Assembly: GCA_951406725.2 (NCBI GenBank)
Contig: OX597814.1
Location: 114,638,001-114,702,000, forward strand
DNA: 64,000 nt
DNA from: Octopus vulgaris
Taxonomy: Eukaryota
Direction: 5' to 3'
The notes beneath the pieces are model-generated. The model saw only the letters and a program-made list of their open reading frames with translations. It was not told the DNA's origin and made no database searches. Below, piece by piece: positions 53,026 through 64,000 of the stretch. The translations under genes were made by a program, and so were the position numbers. Positions within the stretch are counted from its first letter, which is position 1, and each line of letters begins with the position of its first letter.

Positions 53026-54292
53026 CATGTATAAATTCATAAAAAGCGAAATTAAACGAACAGAAACATTTTTGATAAATTTATTCAAGGCAACATCTAT
53101 AGAGACATTCCTTTCCATGTTGCATCCACAATAAATATCATGAAAGGTTTTAATTGAATGTTATATTTTGTTTTCATGTAGTAGTTATGGACACACCTCG
53201 GATTAATGTAACGTTTTGAAGTTGGATATAACTATAGCTTCTTCATAATTATTATTGTCTAGAAAATAGCGAGCTAACGAACCACTTGTCAAATTTATAA
53301 AGAATCCCTTACTTCTATATTCCACAGATGCCTTCTAGTATTGATATAACGCAAAGTTTCTTAAAAGACGACGAGAATTTGTAGAACCTTCGTATTGTGT
53401 TACTTTGATCCAATTTGTCTTTTCAGCAGCGAATGCATTGATGATAAAATTGAATCACATTATGTTACATGTTCCTACTCCATGATCAAACACTTCACGG
53501 ACCAAATGCTTAATACAAAAAAACACGCTAAACAAAAGATAAAAAAGAAAACCCATTCTATACAAATCACCTGTATTATACTCTAATACATTACATGAAG
53601 ATTGTAGTAACAGGAATACTCCGACATGTAAATAAATAGCGAGTTAGTAGTGTCTGATTTTACTGCAAATACAACACGAATCTCAATAGAAAATCGAGAT
53701 GTGTTTCAATCATTAGAATATTCATTAGCACGGTAGTTCGTTACTACACCTTCCATACAAAATATTTACAATATGGTTGCTTTCTACATTTAAAAATGAC
53801 ATAATGGTGTGCAATTTTGGATTACCGAATTTTTCGTAACCTATAATTTCTAGAGTATTGTTCGTATTATACTTTGTGTGAATATTTGTATAAAATATTT
53901 TCATTGTTTTTTAATTATTTGAATTCTTCCTATGAAGAAGGAAACAATCCTTCAGCCCTTGAAGGTTGATAACAAAGATGAAGAGTTACACGTTGAATAT
54001 AATCTTGCATGTTCGTATTATGCTGCTTGCAAATAATATTTATAAATTGCGTCTAAATACGTATGTAAACATGTGTTGCATACGTGCTGCTGCTGCGGCC
54101 TTCTCTTCCTTCAGCTGTCATATCCAGGTTGTTCCGTTCGCTCAAGATGAGATTATCAAGAGGACCATTTATGTCTGCTTGCAGCATCATAAACACTTGT
54201 AACAACTGGCGAAAGCGCATGGTATATGTTATCAAGTTTTAGAAGCTTCGCTGACGCTGCTATGCTTTTGAATGCATGTATGTGTGCATTTA

Positions 54293-54293
<1 letters not shown>

Positions 54294-54341
<48 letters not shown>
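54294..54341. repeat. (TG)n microsatellite
   Basis: Pure TG run. Confidence 0.95.
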
Positions 54342-54343
<2 letters not shown>

Positions 54344-56129
54344 AGAGTTCCACTAGTGTCTAATCAAGTTGCTTCAAATTATAGATACAAGACAGATGGA
54401 AAATATTTATTTATTGTACAATGGAAGTGCTGGTTATATGTATACATATTTGGGTATATATTCTTATTTCCAGTACCAACATGTATACAAATATGTATAC
54501 TTGTTTGGGTATATATTCTTATTTCCAGTACCAACATATGATACATTCTTCGTTAAATATTACTAAAGATTATGCTATCGATCGGTAAATTGTCAGATTA
54601 GTTCGTTAATCATTTTTATATTAGAAACGTGTGTACAGTTATTTTGGCTGCATTCCATGCTCCTGTCCTGAGATAATGTGTCAACCTGAACCGGTTGACT
54701 CTTGATTCGGGCGACATTTTGCTATAAACAATACGAAGCAACAAAAACATTGTAACCATTAAGTTAACAGACAAACCATTTGTCTGTCAGCTTCCTATTC
54801 CTGTTTTAATCAGAACTGATCACATCCCCTGCAAGTTTCCTTTAAAATAAGCCATAAAGTAATCATCATATACGTAATATATACAGTTTAAACAAACTGT
54901 ATACAGATTTTATATAGGATTCTGGAGTTAATTGCTAAGTAGATTTTTAATCAATTTAGTGATTCCTTCTTTATTAATAACTTTAAATCTACTTATGCCA
55001 ACATAGTTGGTCCTCATTTATCCAACCTCATTTTCACAAGACCTTTACCAAACTATGTAAACATTTTCAAGTTATATTGATCTATAACGTCTCTATCTAG
55101 TGATTGTCTTGTGTGTTCTCTCCAGCAATTCTTAAGCGGACTTAATTAAGATCAAGTTTCTCTCAATATGATTTCGTATAGTTAATTGGTGAGTTTTTAA
55201 CAATTTGGTAACTTTCATATTTTAGAATTACCGTCGATCACAGTTGACCATGGACATTGCACAGATTTAAACATATATCTCGTATGTACAGGCCTGGGAA
55301 AGATGTTTTGAGGAAGATCCATGCAGGCAAATCTTACATTTCCATGCCGCCGATGTTTATCCACCGAATTGAGCTAATACAGCTTAGTATCGGCGCCATC
55401 ACAGGCGTTGCTGTTGAAACTCAAAGAATCAGAACAAATACCACAAGGCATCTTAGCGGACCCTCTAACAGCTCCACCAATCCACCGCCTGGGTTGATTC
55501 ATTTTCAGTCAATCCTGAAAAGATAAAAAGCAAAGTTGGCGTGAGCGGGATTCGAACTCAGAGAGTTAGAACAAATAACTTAACGCATTCTATTCACCAC
55601 TCTAACCCAGCCAATTCAGCGCCATTTTATTCATATTAACGCAGATTATCACCAAGAAAAATTCTATGCTACCCACACACGTATACTTTTATAATTGATT
55701 CTCCTTTCCATTGTTTACGCAATTGTTACCATTTTCTGCTGTCATTATTGTTCTGATGTCTAGTCATGTTGCTTGCAGTAATGACTCTCCACCCATTTAA
55801 AGAATCGTATTTCGTATCGCATACAACTTTGTAAAATGGATTTTGATGGAAAGATTTCTCCGATTAGAAGTAATCAAAAGAATGGCTATTGGCATAATGT
55901 GGGAGTGACAGTTATATTACAGTTAATTATTAGTTGCCTACACTAAAATTTCTGAATACAGCAGCCGTGCCAAGTCAGTGAGAAGTGAAGGCATTGATCC
56001 AAAATTTTTTGAAGTTAAACCGGATTAAAAACGATGTCTCTTCCTTGTTTAAATTTCTCGAACTTGGTTGTTATTACTCCGAGTGATCCTACATCTACTA
56101 GAATAACAGTTACTCTCCTCATTGCCTAC

Positions 56130-56320
56130 ATTCTTGCAATTTCCTCTTTTAATATTCTGCATCTAAGCGTGCATCCCCATCTCTGGCAATATCTATGATC
56201 TTGGCTTCCTTTTCCCTTTTATCCATTGCAACAATGTCTGGTCTTCAGGCAACGATTAGGAAGTCACTTTGGATTGTAAAATACCACAGGATCTTATATT
56301 CATTGTTCTCAGTAACGCCT
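56130..56320 (-). mobile_element. RLE-type LINE endonuclease fragment, R4/Dong-like
   Basis: Minus strand reads ENNEYKILWYFTIQSD...RPDIVAMDKREKEAKIIDIA..GDARL, a PD..D-type restriction-like endonuclease motif. Confidence 0.72.
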
Positions 56321-56775
56321 TATTATTTTATTTCATCTTCCGACCGGATTTCAACCAGAGATCTAAAATACGTATACGTTAGATGGATAGAAACTTCCTG
56401 GGAATGTGGGTGGTTGATATCAACACAATGTTTAGAGTCTCATAGATTCTTGGTTTCTTAGGGATCTGGTCAAAAATTTGTCACCTTTCTTGATCATTCC
56501 CAAGGGCACCTACAACAACAGGGATGGTTTTGGTTTTCAATTGCCGCGTCATAGATATCTCAATCACAAGATTCTTATATTTCGACAGATTTTATAATTC
56601 TTTTGCTGAGATGTTTCTATCAGTAGGCATTGTCATATCAATTAACAGGCATGCTTTTTTGTCTTAGGTTTTTGACGACAATGTCTAGTCTAGTTCTATA
56701 TTTAAAAGATGAGGAATTATGTACATAATTTACATTCTTTACACTTGACGGATATTTGTACTCATCTTGTTTATT

Positions 56776-56821
56776 AACACAACGTTTCGGCTGATATACC
56801 CTCTAGCCTCCATCAGGTGTC
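56776..56821 (-). ncRNA. Type I minimal hammerhead motif
   Basis: Reverse complement GACAC-CUGAUGG-A-GGCUA(GAGGGUAUAU)CAGCC-GAAAC-GUU-GUGUU; stems I and II pair; A9 is G in this copy but A in the other arm. Confidence 0.68.
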
Positions 56822-56871
56822 TTGGCAAAATTTCGAACCTGGATTTTCATTCCTAAAGTATATTTCGATGT

Positions 56872-56942
<71 letters not shown>

Positions 56943-56988
56943 TTATTATTATTATTATCATTATTATTATTATTATTATTATAATTAT
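56872..56988. repeat. (TAC)n(TAT)n microsatellite inside the left arm
   Basis: Expanded relative to AATAATAA in the right arm. Confidence 0.95.
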
Positions 56989-56991
56989 TCA

Positions 56992-57055
56992 GGTCACTGC
57001 CTGGAATCGAACTGGGAATCTTGGGTTTAGTAGCTCGCGCTCTTAACCATTACGC
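56992..57055 (-). promoter_or_regulatory. Inverted copy of the tRNA-like head
   Basis: Reverse complement of about 57067-57130 with a few substitutions. Confidence 0.68.
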
Positions 57056-57059
57056 GCAC

Positions 57060-57130
57060 GGATATGGCGTAGTGGTTAAGAGCGCGGGCTACTAACCTCA
57101 AGATTCCGAGTTCGATTCCAGGCAGTGACC
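57060..57130 (+). promoter_or_regulatory. tRNA-like Pol III internal promoter (SINE-type head)
   Basis: A-box TGGCGTAGTGG at 57065-57075, anticodon-like loop CTACTAA, B-box GAGTTCGATTCC at 57108-57119; acceptor stem does not pair well. Confidence 0.72.
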
Positions 57131-57535
57131 AGAATAATAACATCGAAAAATACCTTAGGAATAAGAACCCAGATTCGAAATTTCCCCAAGACACCTAATG
57201 AAACATTGTGTTGGCAACAAACAAGATGGGAACAATTATCCGTCAAATGTAAATAATGTAATGTCTAGTCTGTCAATATTTATTTGCTTATCTGTTTGTA
57301 TCCCATAATCCCATAGGATGGTAACATTCTTTCCTTCAGTAACTGTCTGTGGATGGTGTTCATGCCAGTTCTTAAGGTGCGGGATATCATATTGACGGCA
57401 TATGCTCTAGTGCAAATATTGACCAACGCGATCATGCCTGGCTTTATAGGGGCTAGGACTGAGCAGCTGGCAACGATGTGGTCAATACTCTCAAGAGTCT
57501 ATACTTTCATATAATAATAATAATAATAACAATAA

Positions 57536-57673
57536 TCCTTTCTACTATAGGCACAAGGTCTGAAATTGGGGAGAGGGGGATAGTTGATTACATCAATCCC
57601 AGTGTTTCATTGGTACATAACTTATCGACCCCGAAAGGATTAAAGGCAAAGTCGACCTCAGCGGAATTTGAAC
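57536..57673 (-). mobile_element. SINE family A, 5'-truncated
   Basis: CCTTTCTACTATAGGCACAAGG...ATCGACCCCGAAAGG...GGAATTTGAACT. Confidence 0.82.
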
Positions 57674-57831
57674 TATTGAACCTGCTCCATGGGAAGCTTC
57701 AGTCTCCGCGTGTTAGTCAGATTTCACCTCCACAATATATAGAATATCAGCATATTTTTGAGACGCTGGTGTCTCAAATAGTCAACAAGGTTATTAGCGA
57801 CAGAAGCAGAAATAATTCCAAAAGGTAACAC

Positions 57832-57864
<33 letters not shown>

Positions 57865-57939
57865 TGTGTGTGTGTGCAAACTCTAACCATATTTTAGATA
57901 CAACACTGATTCTATAGCTTTCGTTAGAATCGTCTAAAC

Positions 57940-58141
57940 CAGTGGTTTCCAACCTGGGGTTCGCGGACCTCAGATGGTCCGCAAAGGTAGTACTGGAGAT
58001 CTGTGAATTAAAATTCAATATATATATATATATATATATATTAGCATAAGCATATTAATAGGGACCCGTGGGAGGACTCATTTAGATAAATGGGTTGAAC
58101 ACCACTGTTGGGAATCACTATCAAAAGTTTGGGAACTACTC
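57940..58141. mobile_element. hAT (Charlie-like) MITE with 8-bp TSD
   Basis: Left end CAGTGGTTTCCAACCT; TSD GTCTAAAC at 57932-57939 and 58142-58149. Confidence 0.78.
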
Positions 58142-58689
58142 GTCTAAACATTTATACTATCATTCTTACACATGCACACACTCATACATACTTAGATGTA
58201 CATGTATGTATATATTCATGTTTATATATATACATATATACATGTATATATATGTATACATGTCTTTGTATATGTAGATATGTGTTAGCATATACACGAG
58301 TGATTGGGCAAACGAAAAGGGCACTCAACCAATTTATTGGGAGTTACATGCATGGATCGAAACAGTTTGATTCAAATTAATTGGTACTCTCAAGTTTCAG
58401 GCGTGACGCTAGTCGTCAAGCCACTTTTGATTTGAGTCACAGAAGTTGATTGTTATTACCGTAAGATGGGCTACGATTTGCCGAGGAAGGTCAAGCGGTA
58501 TCGAGGTTGTTCTACGTTGGTGTATGGGTGACAGTTGTTGGAGAATACCGCACGGGAAACAGCAAATTGACCACGTGGAGAACAGGGAATAGTCCACGAG
58601 CGATTAAAAGTCGGTCGGGTTGTTGCAGGGAAGTAGAACGGGCGGCGTGTGCAAGTATATAGTTCTATATGTGGATGTGTAGATGCGCA

Positions 58690-59500
58690 GGTTGATCAAC
58701 CCGTCTAAAAGTGACATAGATATTATTAGCAAATGAATTCTCGATACTATCAACTCCGATATCAGAAGAGCTTCAGAGTGACTCAATCGAACTCCAGTAC
58801 AGCCGTAGTCGACTGGTTCCCCTGTATGGAGAATAAATCAGTCTGTAGATTCACCCAGTTAGACTTTGTCGACTTCTACCCTCCCATATCTAATCTCCTC
58901 CTTCTGAAGGCCCTAACTTTGCTGCGCAATACATCAGCATTGGTGGCCTTGACATCAGAATCATCATGAACGCCAGAAGGTCAGTTCGGCCCACGACGAT
59001 TCCTTGTCGGTGAAAAAAGAAGACGATCTATTGTTTGATGTCTCTATGGGGAGCTTGACAGGGCTGAAATCGCCGACCTCGTCAGGTTATACGTTTTGGA
59101 TATCCTCAAGAGACATACACACACACATAGGTCGGCACACTATAGGGACAACGGCCTAGATATTTCAGTCCATACGAACAGTCATACCATGGACAGGTTC
59201 AGAAAGGACATCATAAAAATATTTAAGGAGTTCGGCCTGTCCATAAGGGTTAACACCAACCTGACTACGGTCGATTTGTTGGATGTAACCTTAGACCTGA
59301 GTACGGGAAAGTATTACTTGTGCGGGAGGCCTAACGTTGATATAGTATACATCTACAAAAGTTCAAACCATTCATCTGCTGTAATTAGAAACCATGTTTC
59401 AGGCATTAGTAAACGACTGTCTAATCTCTCAGCCAATAGAAAGATCTTTAATAGGGCCACATTACGACGACACTTTGGATAGGAGCGGGTTTACTGAGAA
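58690..59500 (+). pseudogene. Decayed Penelope-like RT from a different clade than 3161-4925
   Basis: Across frames: LINPSKSDI..ISK, CRFTQLDFVDFYPPIS..LLLKAL, FDVSMGSL..AEIADLV, YRDNGL, VDLLDVTLDLSTGKY, SNH, RLSNLS. Confidence 0.8.
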
Positions 59501-59582
59501 GCTTCTGCTTAATGATACACAATTAAAATACTTGTCAAACCACTTGGTAGAATATTGTCGATGTTGGTCTTTATCTTCAGAT

Positions 59583-59619
<37 letters not shown>

Positions 59620-59836
59620 CAGACCTATGATTAAAAGTGCACCTACCATGATCAGACTGCCCATTCTCAAACTATACGCATGTAAGTCTAAACTAGTTTA
59701 GAGTATAGTTTAGATTAAAAAAGATGTTTATCATAATTTTGAAAACTAAAAGTATAAAAAAACACATTATTTATGAGCTGATCCAATGTGTTTGTGCATG
59801 TATATATATATATATGTGTGTGTGTGTGTTTGTGCA

Positions 59837-59882
<46 letters not shown>

Positions 59883-60544
59883 TTAGAAAGAAGGAGAGAA
59901 GGGGAAATTCATACCAAAGTGTATTATGAGCAGTATGTATTTAATAATAGCTTTTTTTTTTTTTTTACAGAAATTATTTTAAATACTTAGATACAAACAA
60001 TATCGAAAACAAAACTGAACGTGTTATTTTCTCAGTCTGCTTTTGGCGACATCGTGTATTTTTGGAACAACTTTTGAAAAAATGAAATATCAGGAGAAGA
60101 TTAATGGTTAGCTATGCAAATGTAACATCTGTTGGTGTGGTAAAAGTAGGTTAAGGAGAAGACTGCTTGACTGATGACAGTACCGGAAGAAACAAATACA
60201 ATGGATAATGAAAATGTGAAATAAACGTTTTTAGACAACATAGGAAATCACAAGAGAATATGACATGCAATATTCAGTGGAGTTCAGCTTGTTGTCAATA
60301 GCAACTACCTTTGCAAATATTTGATGCCTAAATGTTAGCATTAAAATAGACTCACGGGAAATTGTAAAGTGAACCCGAGCTAGTAGTTAATTCAAAATAT
60401 AAATGATTTACCAATGAAACTACAGTTTTATTGTCATTGTGACCAGAAAATAGAAAGAGAGTTGAATACATTAAAAGTCTTTGATAAATGGTAACGTGGT
60501 TAGTTAGCGAAATACTCATGAAAATGGTTTAGTTTGGTAGTGAA

Positions 60545-60922
60545 AAGGCGGCGAGCTGGCAGAAACGTTAGCGCGCCGGGCGAAATGCTTATTCGTATTT
60601 CGTCTGCCGTTACGTTCTGAGTTCAAATTCGAGGTCGACTTTGCCTTTCATCCTTTCGAGGTCGATAAATAAAGTACCTGTTGCGCACTGGGGTCGATGT
60701 AATCGAATAAATCACTTTGTCTGTCTTTGTTTGTCCCCTCTGTTTAGCCCCTTGTGGGCAATAAAGAAATATATCCGCCGAGGTCGACTTTGCCTTTCAT
60801 CCTTTCGGGGTCGATAAATTAAGTACCAGTTGTGCATTGGGGTCGATGTAATCGACTTAATCCGTTTGTCTGTCCTTGTTTATCCTCTCTGTGTTTAGAC
60901 CCTTGTGGGTAGTAAAGAAATA
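60545..60922 (+). mobile_element. SINE family A with duplicated body and 19-bp TSD
   Basis: TSD GGTTTAGT(T/A)TGGTAGTGAA at 60526-60544 and 60923-60941. Confidence 0.92.
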
Positions 60923-61357
60923 GGTTTAGTATGGTAGTGAAGTGAAGCTGAATTACCTCGGTGATTCGTCGAGAAATTACAGATTGTTTATTATAATCTG
61001 TACAATAGTTTCTTAAATACGCATGGAACATCTGCTGAATTGTGAGAAATTACCGCATAAATCGATAAACATAAAATAGCTGTGAAATTATAGTCTTCGC
61101 ATAAATGTATCAATTCACAGAGAAATTTATTAGTCAAAAGAAAAATACACCTCATAAACCTGAGTACGTTAGTCGTGTGAGCTCTGTCAACACTTTTCTG
61201 TTGTATTTAATTATCTTTTGTTAGGTATAATGGTTAGAAGTTAATTAGTCGAGTTAAGCTATACTTTCATATATAATGTTAGAAGTGTTAAAGCCGCATG
61301 TTCGTGATACTCAGGAGTAGAACTTAGCAAAGTTTTTCTTTTAATACGAATACTGAC

Positions 61358-61495
61358 CAAATTGGTAAGAAGTTTGCTTTGCAATCTTTGGATTCTGGGT
61401 TCGATCTAATTGCATAGCATTTTTGCCTAATATTATTTTCTGTAGGCTAGGTTTCATCAATACCTTGTGAGTGGATTTTGCTTGACGGAGTCTGT
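61358..61495 (+). mobile_element. Old SINE family B head
   Basis: TGGTAAGAAGTTTGCTTTGCAA...GGGTTCGAT...CCTTGTGAGTGGATTT. Confidence 0.6.
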
Positions 61496-63298
61496 ATACA
61501 AGACTACTGAGTGGATTGTAACTGTAAACTGAATGGCACAAATTTTGTCACGCTTGAGAATTCTGTTATGGGCCCACATATCTGAGGAATACTCCGTCAC
61601 TTCCATGTAAGTCTAATCAGCTGGTAGTTCAGCTGAACGAACAACTGAGTCCGCATCGTCAAAAAAACGACGAAGGACCATTCGTCCATTCAACCGACCA
61701 ACCACCTACCCAGTGGAAAGATTTAACTAAAATTCTGAATTCAGTATAGATTAATTATACCATCTCAGTAATCAATATATCTATTTCGTTTATATATATT
61801 ATATATATCATAACAACGGTACAATTACTTGTAGTAGGTGTTATACAGATATTTATCACGAATATTTTTTCTCATTCTTAATTGGTCAAATTAATTAGCA
61901 TACGACTTGACACAAGGGAAGTGAAAAGAGCGAATAAATGTTATCAGCCACTATCTATATAACAGATAATATACGCTGTCAAACTTAATATAAACTTACA
62001 TTAGGTTGCAAGTCTACTTTCAACGTCATCCACCACTTCAAAAGTATTTTCTTCAATCTGATACCTCGCAATCACTGCATACTCTGAGACGAAATATACA
62101 TAGGCGATATATGTCTTGGTTTGGCTGATTAGTTCCCAGAACATCACTATGAAACAACCTAACAATACTTATGGCATACTCAGATGAATAGACTGTTACT
62201 TTAAATCCTATGGCCCGTCCGCTCACTTCTCCCAGTCTTCAGCACTAAGGCTCAACTGATAACACACGGTAAAATTTTTCCCTTTAACCTGAGATCCTCA
62301 AATTTCTTCCTCCTCACGCTCACTTTTAAGAATTTCCTCGCCCCTGTTGATTCTATTAGATTCTAGATCTAATTTTGTACGCTTGTGGAGGTGTGTTTAT
62401 AGGCTTGTTAGTGTGAATACATTATATACGCCTTTGTTTGTGCTGTGTCCCCACATTTTCTCAGACTAACATGTATATATAATAATCTAGGTCCTAGTAC
62501 GTTAGAAAATCCTCACAACTATCTGGTTATCTACACTCTCATATTGGAGCTCAACCAAATTTTACAAGGTTTTCATAAACCTGAGATTACGGAAGAAGAC
62601 ACTTGCACAGGGTAATCGAACAACAAATCCAACCATTTAATAACCAACAAGCTCCTTAGTCATACATCCAAGCTTACGCTCACTATTAATGCCTTTTAAG
62701 GTTTTAACGTTACACAGCTACTATATATAGAGGCATTGTACCTAGAAAAATGCAATAACGTATTCTGAATATACTTACCAATAATCTAATCAATAGTAGA
62801 TAGTAATTAATTACATCACTTATGCCTTTCAGTGTAAGCTAATGAACTCATAACAATGAGGCATTTGTTAAGGATTGGTAATATTATATTTCAGTTGATA
62901 TATGAATAAATATGACAACATTAAATGTGGTTATGGGAATATGTGTTTTGAAAGCACTCCTTATTTTACACTTAATATAATTGAACTTAAAATATAAATT
63001 AGCCTCTGATAGAAATGTCTGGGGGAATTAATTTACAGTTATGTGGCTGCATTGATTGGGCAGAAAAGGTTTTGATATTATTTTATACATTATTGTTTAA
63101 GTCATTTCCGAAACCATAACTGCCTTTCAGAAACTCCTAGATCGATAGAATCTTCATTAGATTGTTTTCATCGACCTCTTAAGTGCTGAAGACCGGATCA
63201 GATCTCGATATGACCAGTGTGGTTGGTGTAATAAACAGCTCATTAACAAAGTATCTCATGTCACATGTATTTTTAACGTATTAATATTTATCTACAGA

Positions 63299-63729
63299 AA
63301 ACGGCGGCAAGCTAGCAAAATCGTCTGCACGTCGCTCAAATTGCTTAGTGGTATTTCGCCCGTCTTCACATTCTGAGATCAAATTCTGCCAAGGTCGACT
63401 CTGCCTTTCATTTTTTCGGAGTCGATAAAATAAGTACCAGTTGAGCACTGGGGTCGATGTCATTGAATTACTCCTCCCTTGAAATTACTGGCCTTCAGCG
63501 AAAATTGAAATCAATATTTATCTACAAAAGGTGGTGAGCTGGCAGAATCGTTATCACGTCGGGCGAAATGCTTAGTGGCGTTTCGCCCGATCTTACGGAC
63601 TAAGTTCAAATTCCGCTGAGGTCAGCTTTACGTTTCGCCCTTTCAGACTCGATATAATAAGTACCAGGTGAGCATCGAGACCGATTTAATCGACTCAAAA
63701 TTGTTGGCCTTGTGCCAAAATTTGAAACC
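63299..63729 (+). mobile_element. Two tandem SINE family A copies (63299-63512 and 63528-63729)
   Basis: Each has head, B-box and tail; flanked and separated by AATATTTATCTACA-like repeats. Confidence 0.85.
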
Positions 63730-64000
63730 AATATTTAGCTAGAGGTGTTGCTCACTGGTTCTAGTTCTCTACAAGGTTGTATTTAAGTTTTTTTTTTATT
63801 TCAGTTTCATTGCTGTAGATATTTCTCAGCTGTAACCCAGACTTTAAAAACTACATAAAAAAATAAGATTTTACGAGAGTGTAATTATAATTGCTGCAGT
63901 TCCTACATTTAACATTTTTCAGTGGTCAATTAAGATATCTACATCATAAAATGGCATCTAGAAATAAAATTTTAAAGACTTTTATGTCTATTAAAATGTT

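Larger units (their letters stand above)
56692..57259. mobile_element. Palindromic tRNA-headed, hammerhead-bearing element with 12-bp TSD
   Basis: TSD AATGTCTAGTCT at 56680-56691 and 57260-57271; the two arms are reverse complements diverging from about 57057. Confidence 0.88.
56440..57495 (-). mobile_element. Second RLE-type LINE fragment interrupted by the 56692-57259 insertion
   Basis: ESIDHIVASCSVLAP..RHDRVGQYLH...NWHEHHPQTVTEGKNVTILWDYGIQTDK..RLDIVV..CLLIDMTMP..TIPVVVGALGMI reads through once the insert is removed. Confidence 0.82.

Noticed and set aside
54449-54537. Spaced direct repeats as CRISPR-like (also 41370-41436 and 40202-40250)
   Set aside because: Only two or three units in a eukaryotic context with no cas genes; these are ordinary local duplications.
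56822-57046. Poly-Thr/poly-Ile ORF
   Set aside because: It translates the (TAC)n(TAT)n microsatellite inside the palindromic element.
57060-57130. Genuine tRNA-Ser(ACT) gene
   Set aside because: The acceptor stem pairs poorly, there is no long variable arm or T-run terminator, and it lies inside a TSD-bounded insertion.

Overview
AT-rich, repeat-dense eukaryotic DNA with no supportable host protein-coding exon or genuine RNA gene. The SINE families and microsatellite load resemble a coleoid cephalopod such as Octopus (inferred from recalled repeat sequences). The window holds a 5'-truncated, frameshifted Neptune-type Penelope-like element (RT plus GIY-YIG, 3161-5700), three orphan copies of its 3' end, and a second decayed Penelope-like RT (about 58690-59500). 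It also holds decayed RLE-type and RTE-type LINE fragments, more than 30 tRNA-derived SINE copies or fragments from about four families, mariner, hAT and Helitron non-autonomous elements, and several foldbacks. The most interesting signal is a set of hammerhead ribozyme (HHR) motifs in four unrelated repeat families. Three of these are small non-coding palindromes with divergent arms, each arm carrying a type I minimal HHR motif that is partly mutated (about 14.9, 16.5 and 56.7 kb). The 56.7 kb element also has two head-to-head tRNA-like Pol III promoters and an exact 12-bp target-site duplication (TSD), so it looks like a tRNA-headed, ribozyme-bearing palindromic retroelement, possibly mobilised by Penelope. 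The Neptune 3' ends share a non-canonical core, CUGUNGA, with U in place of A6. All RNA structures were paired by eye, and coordinates of degenerate repeats are approximate.
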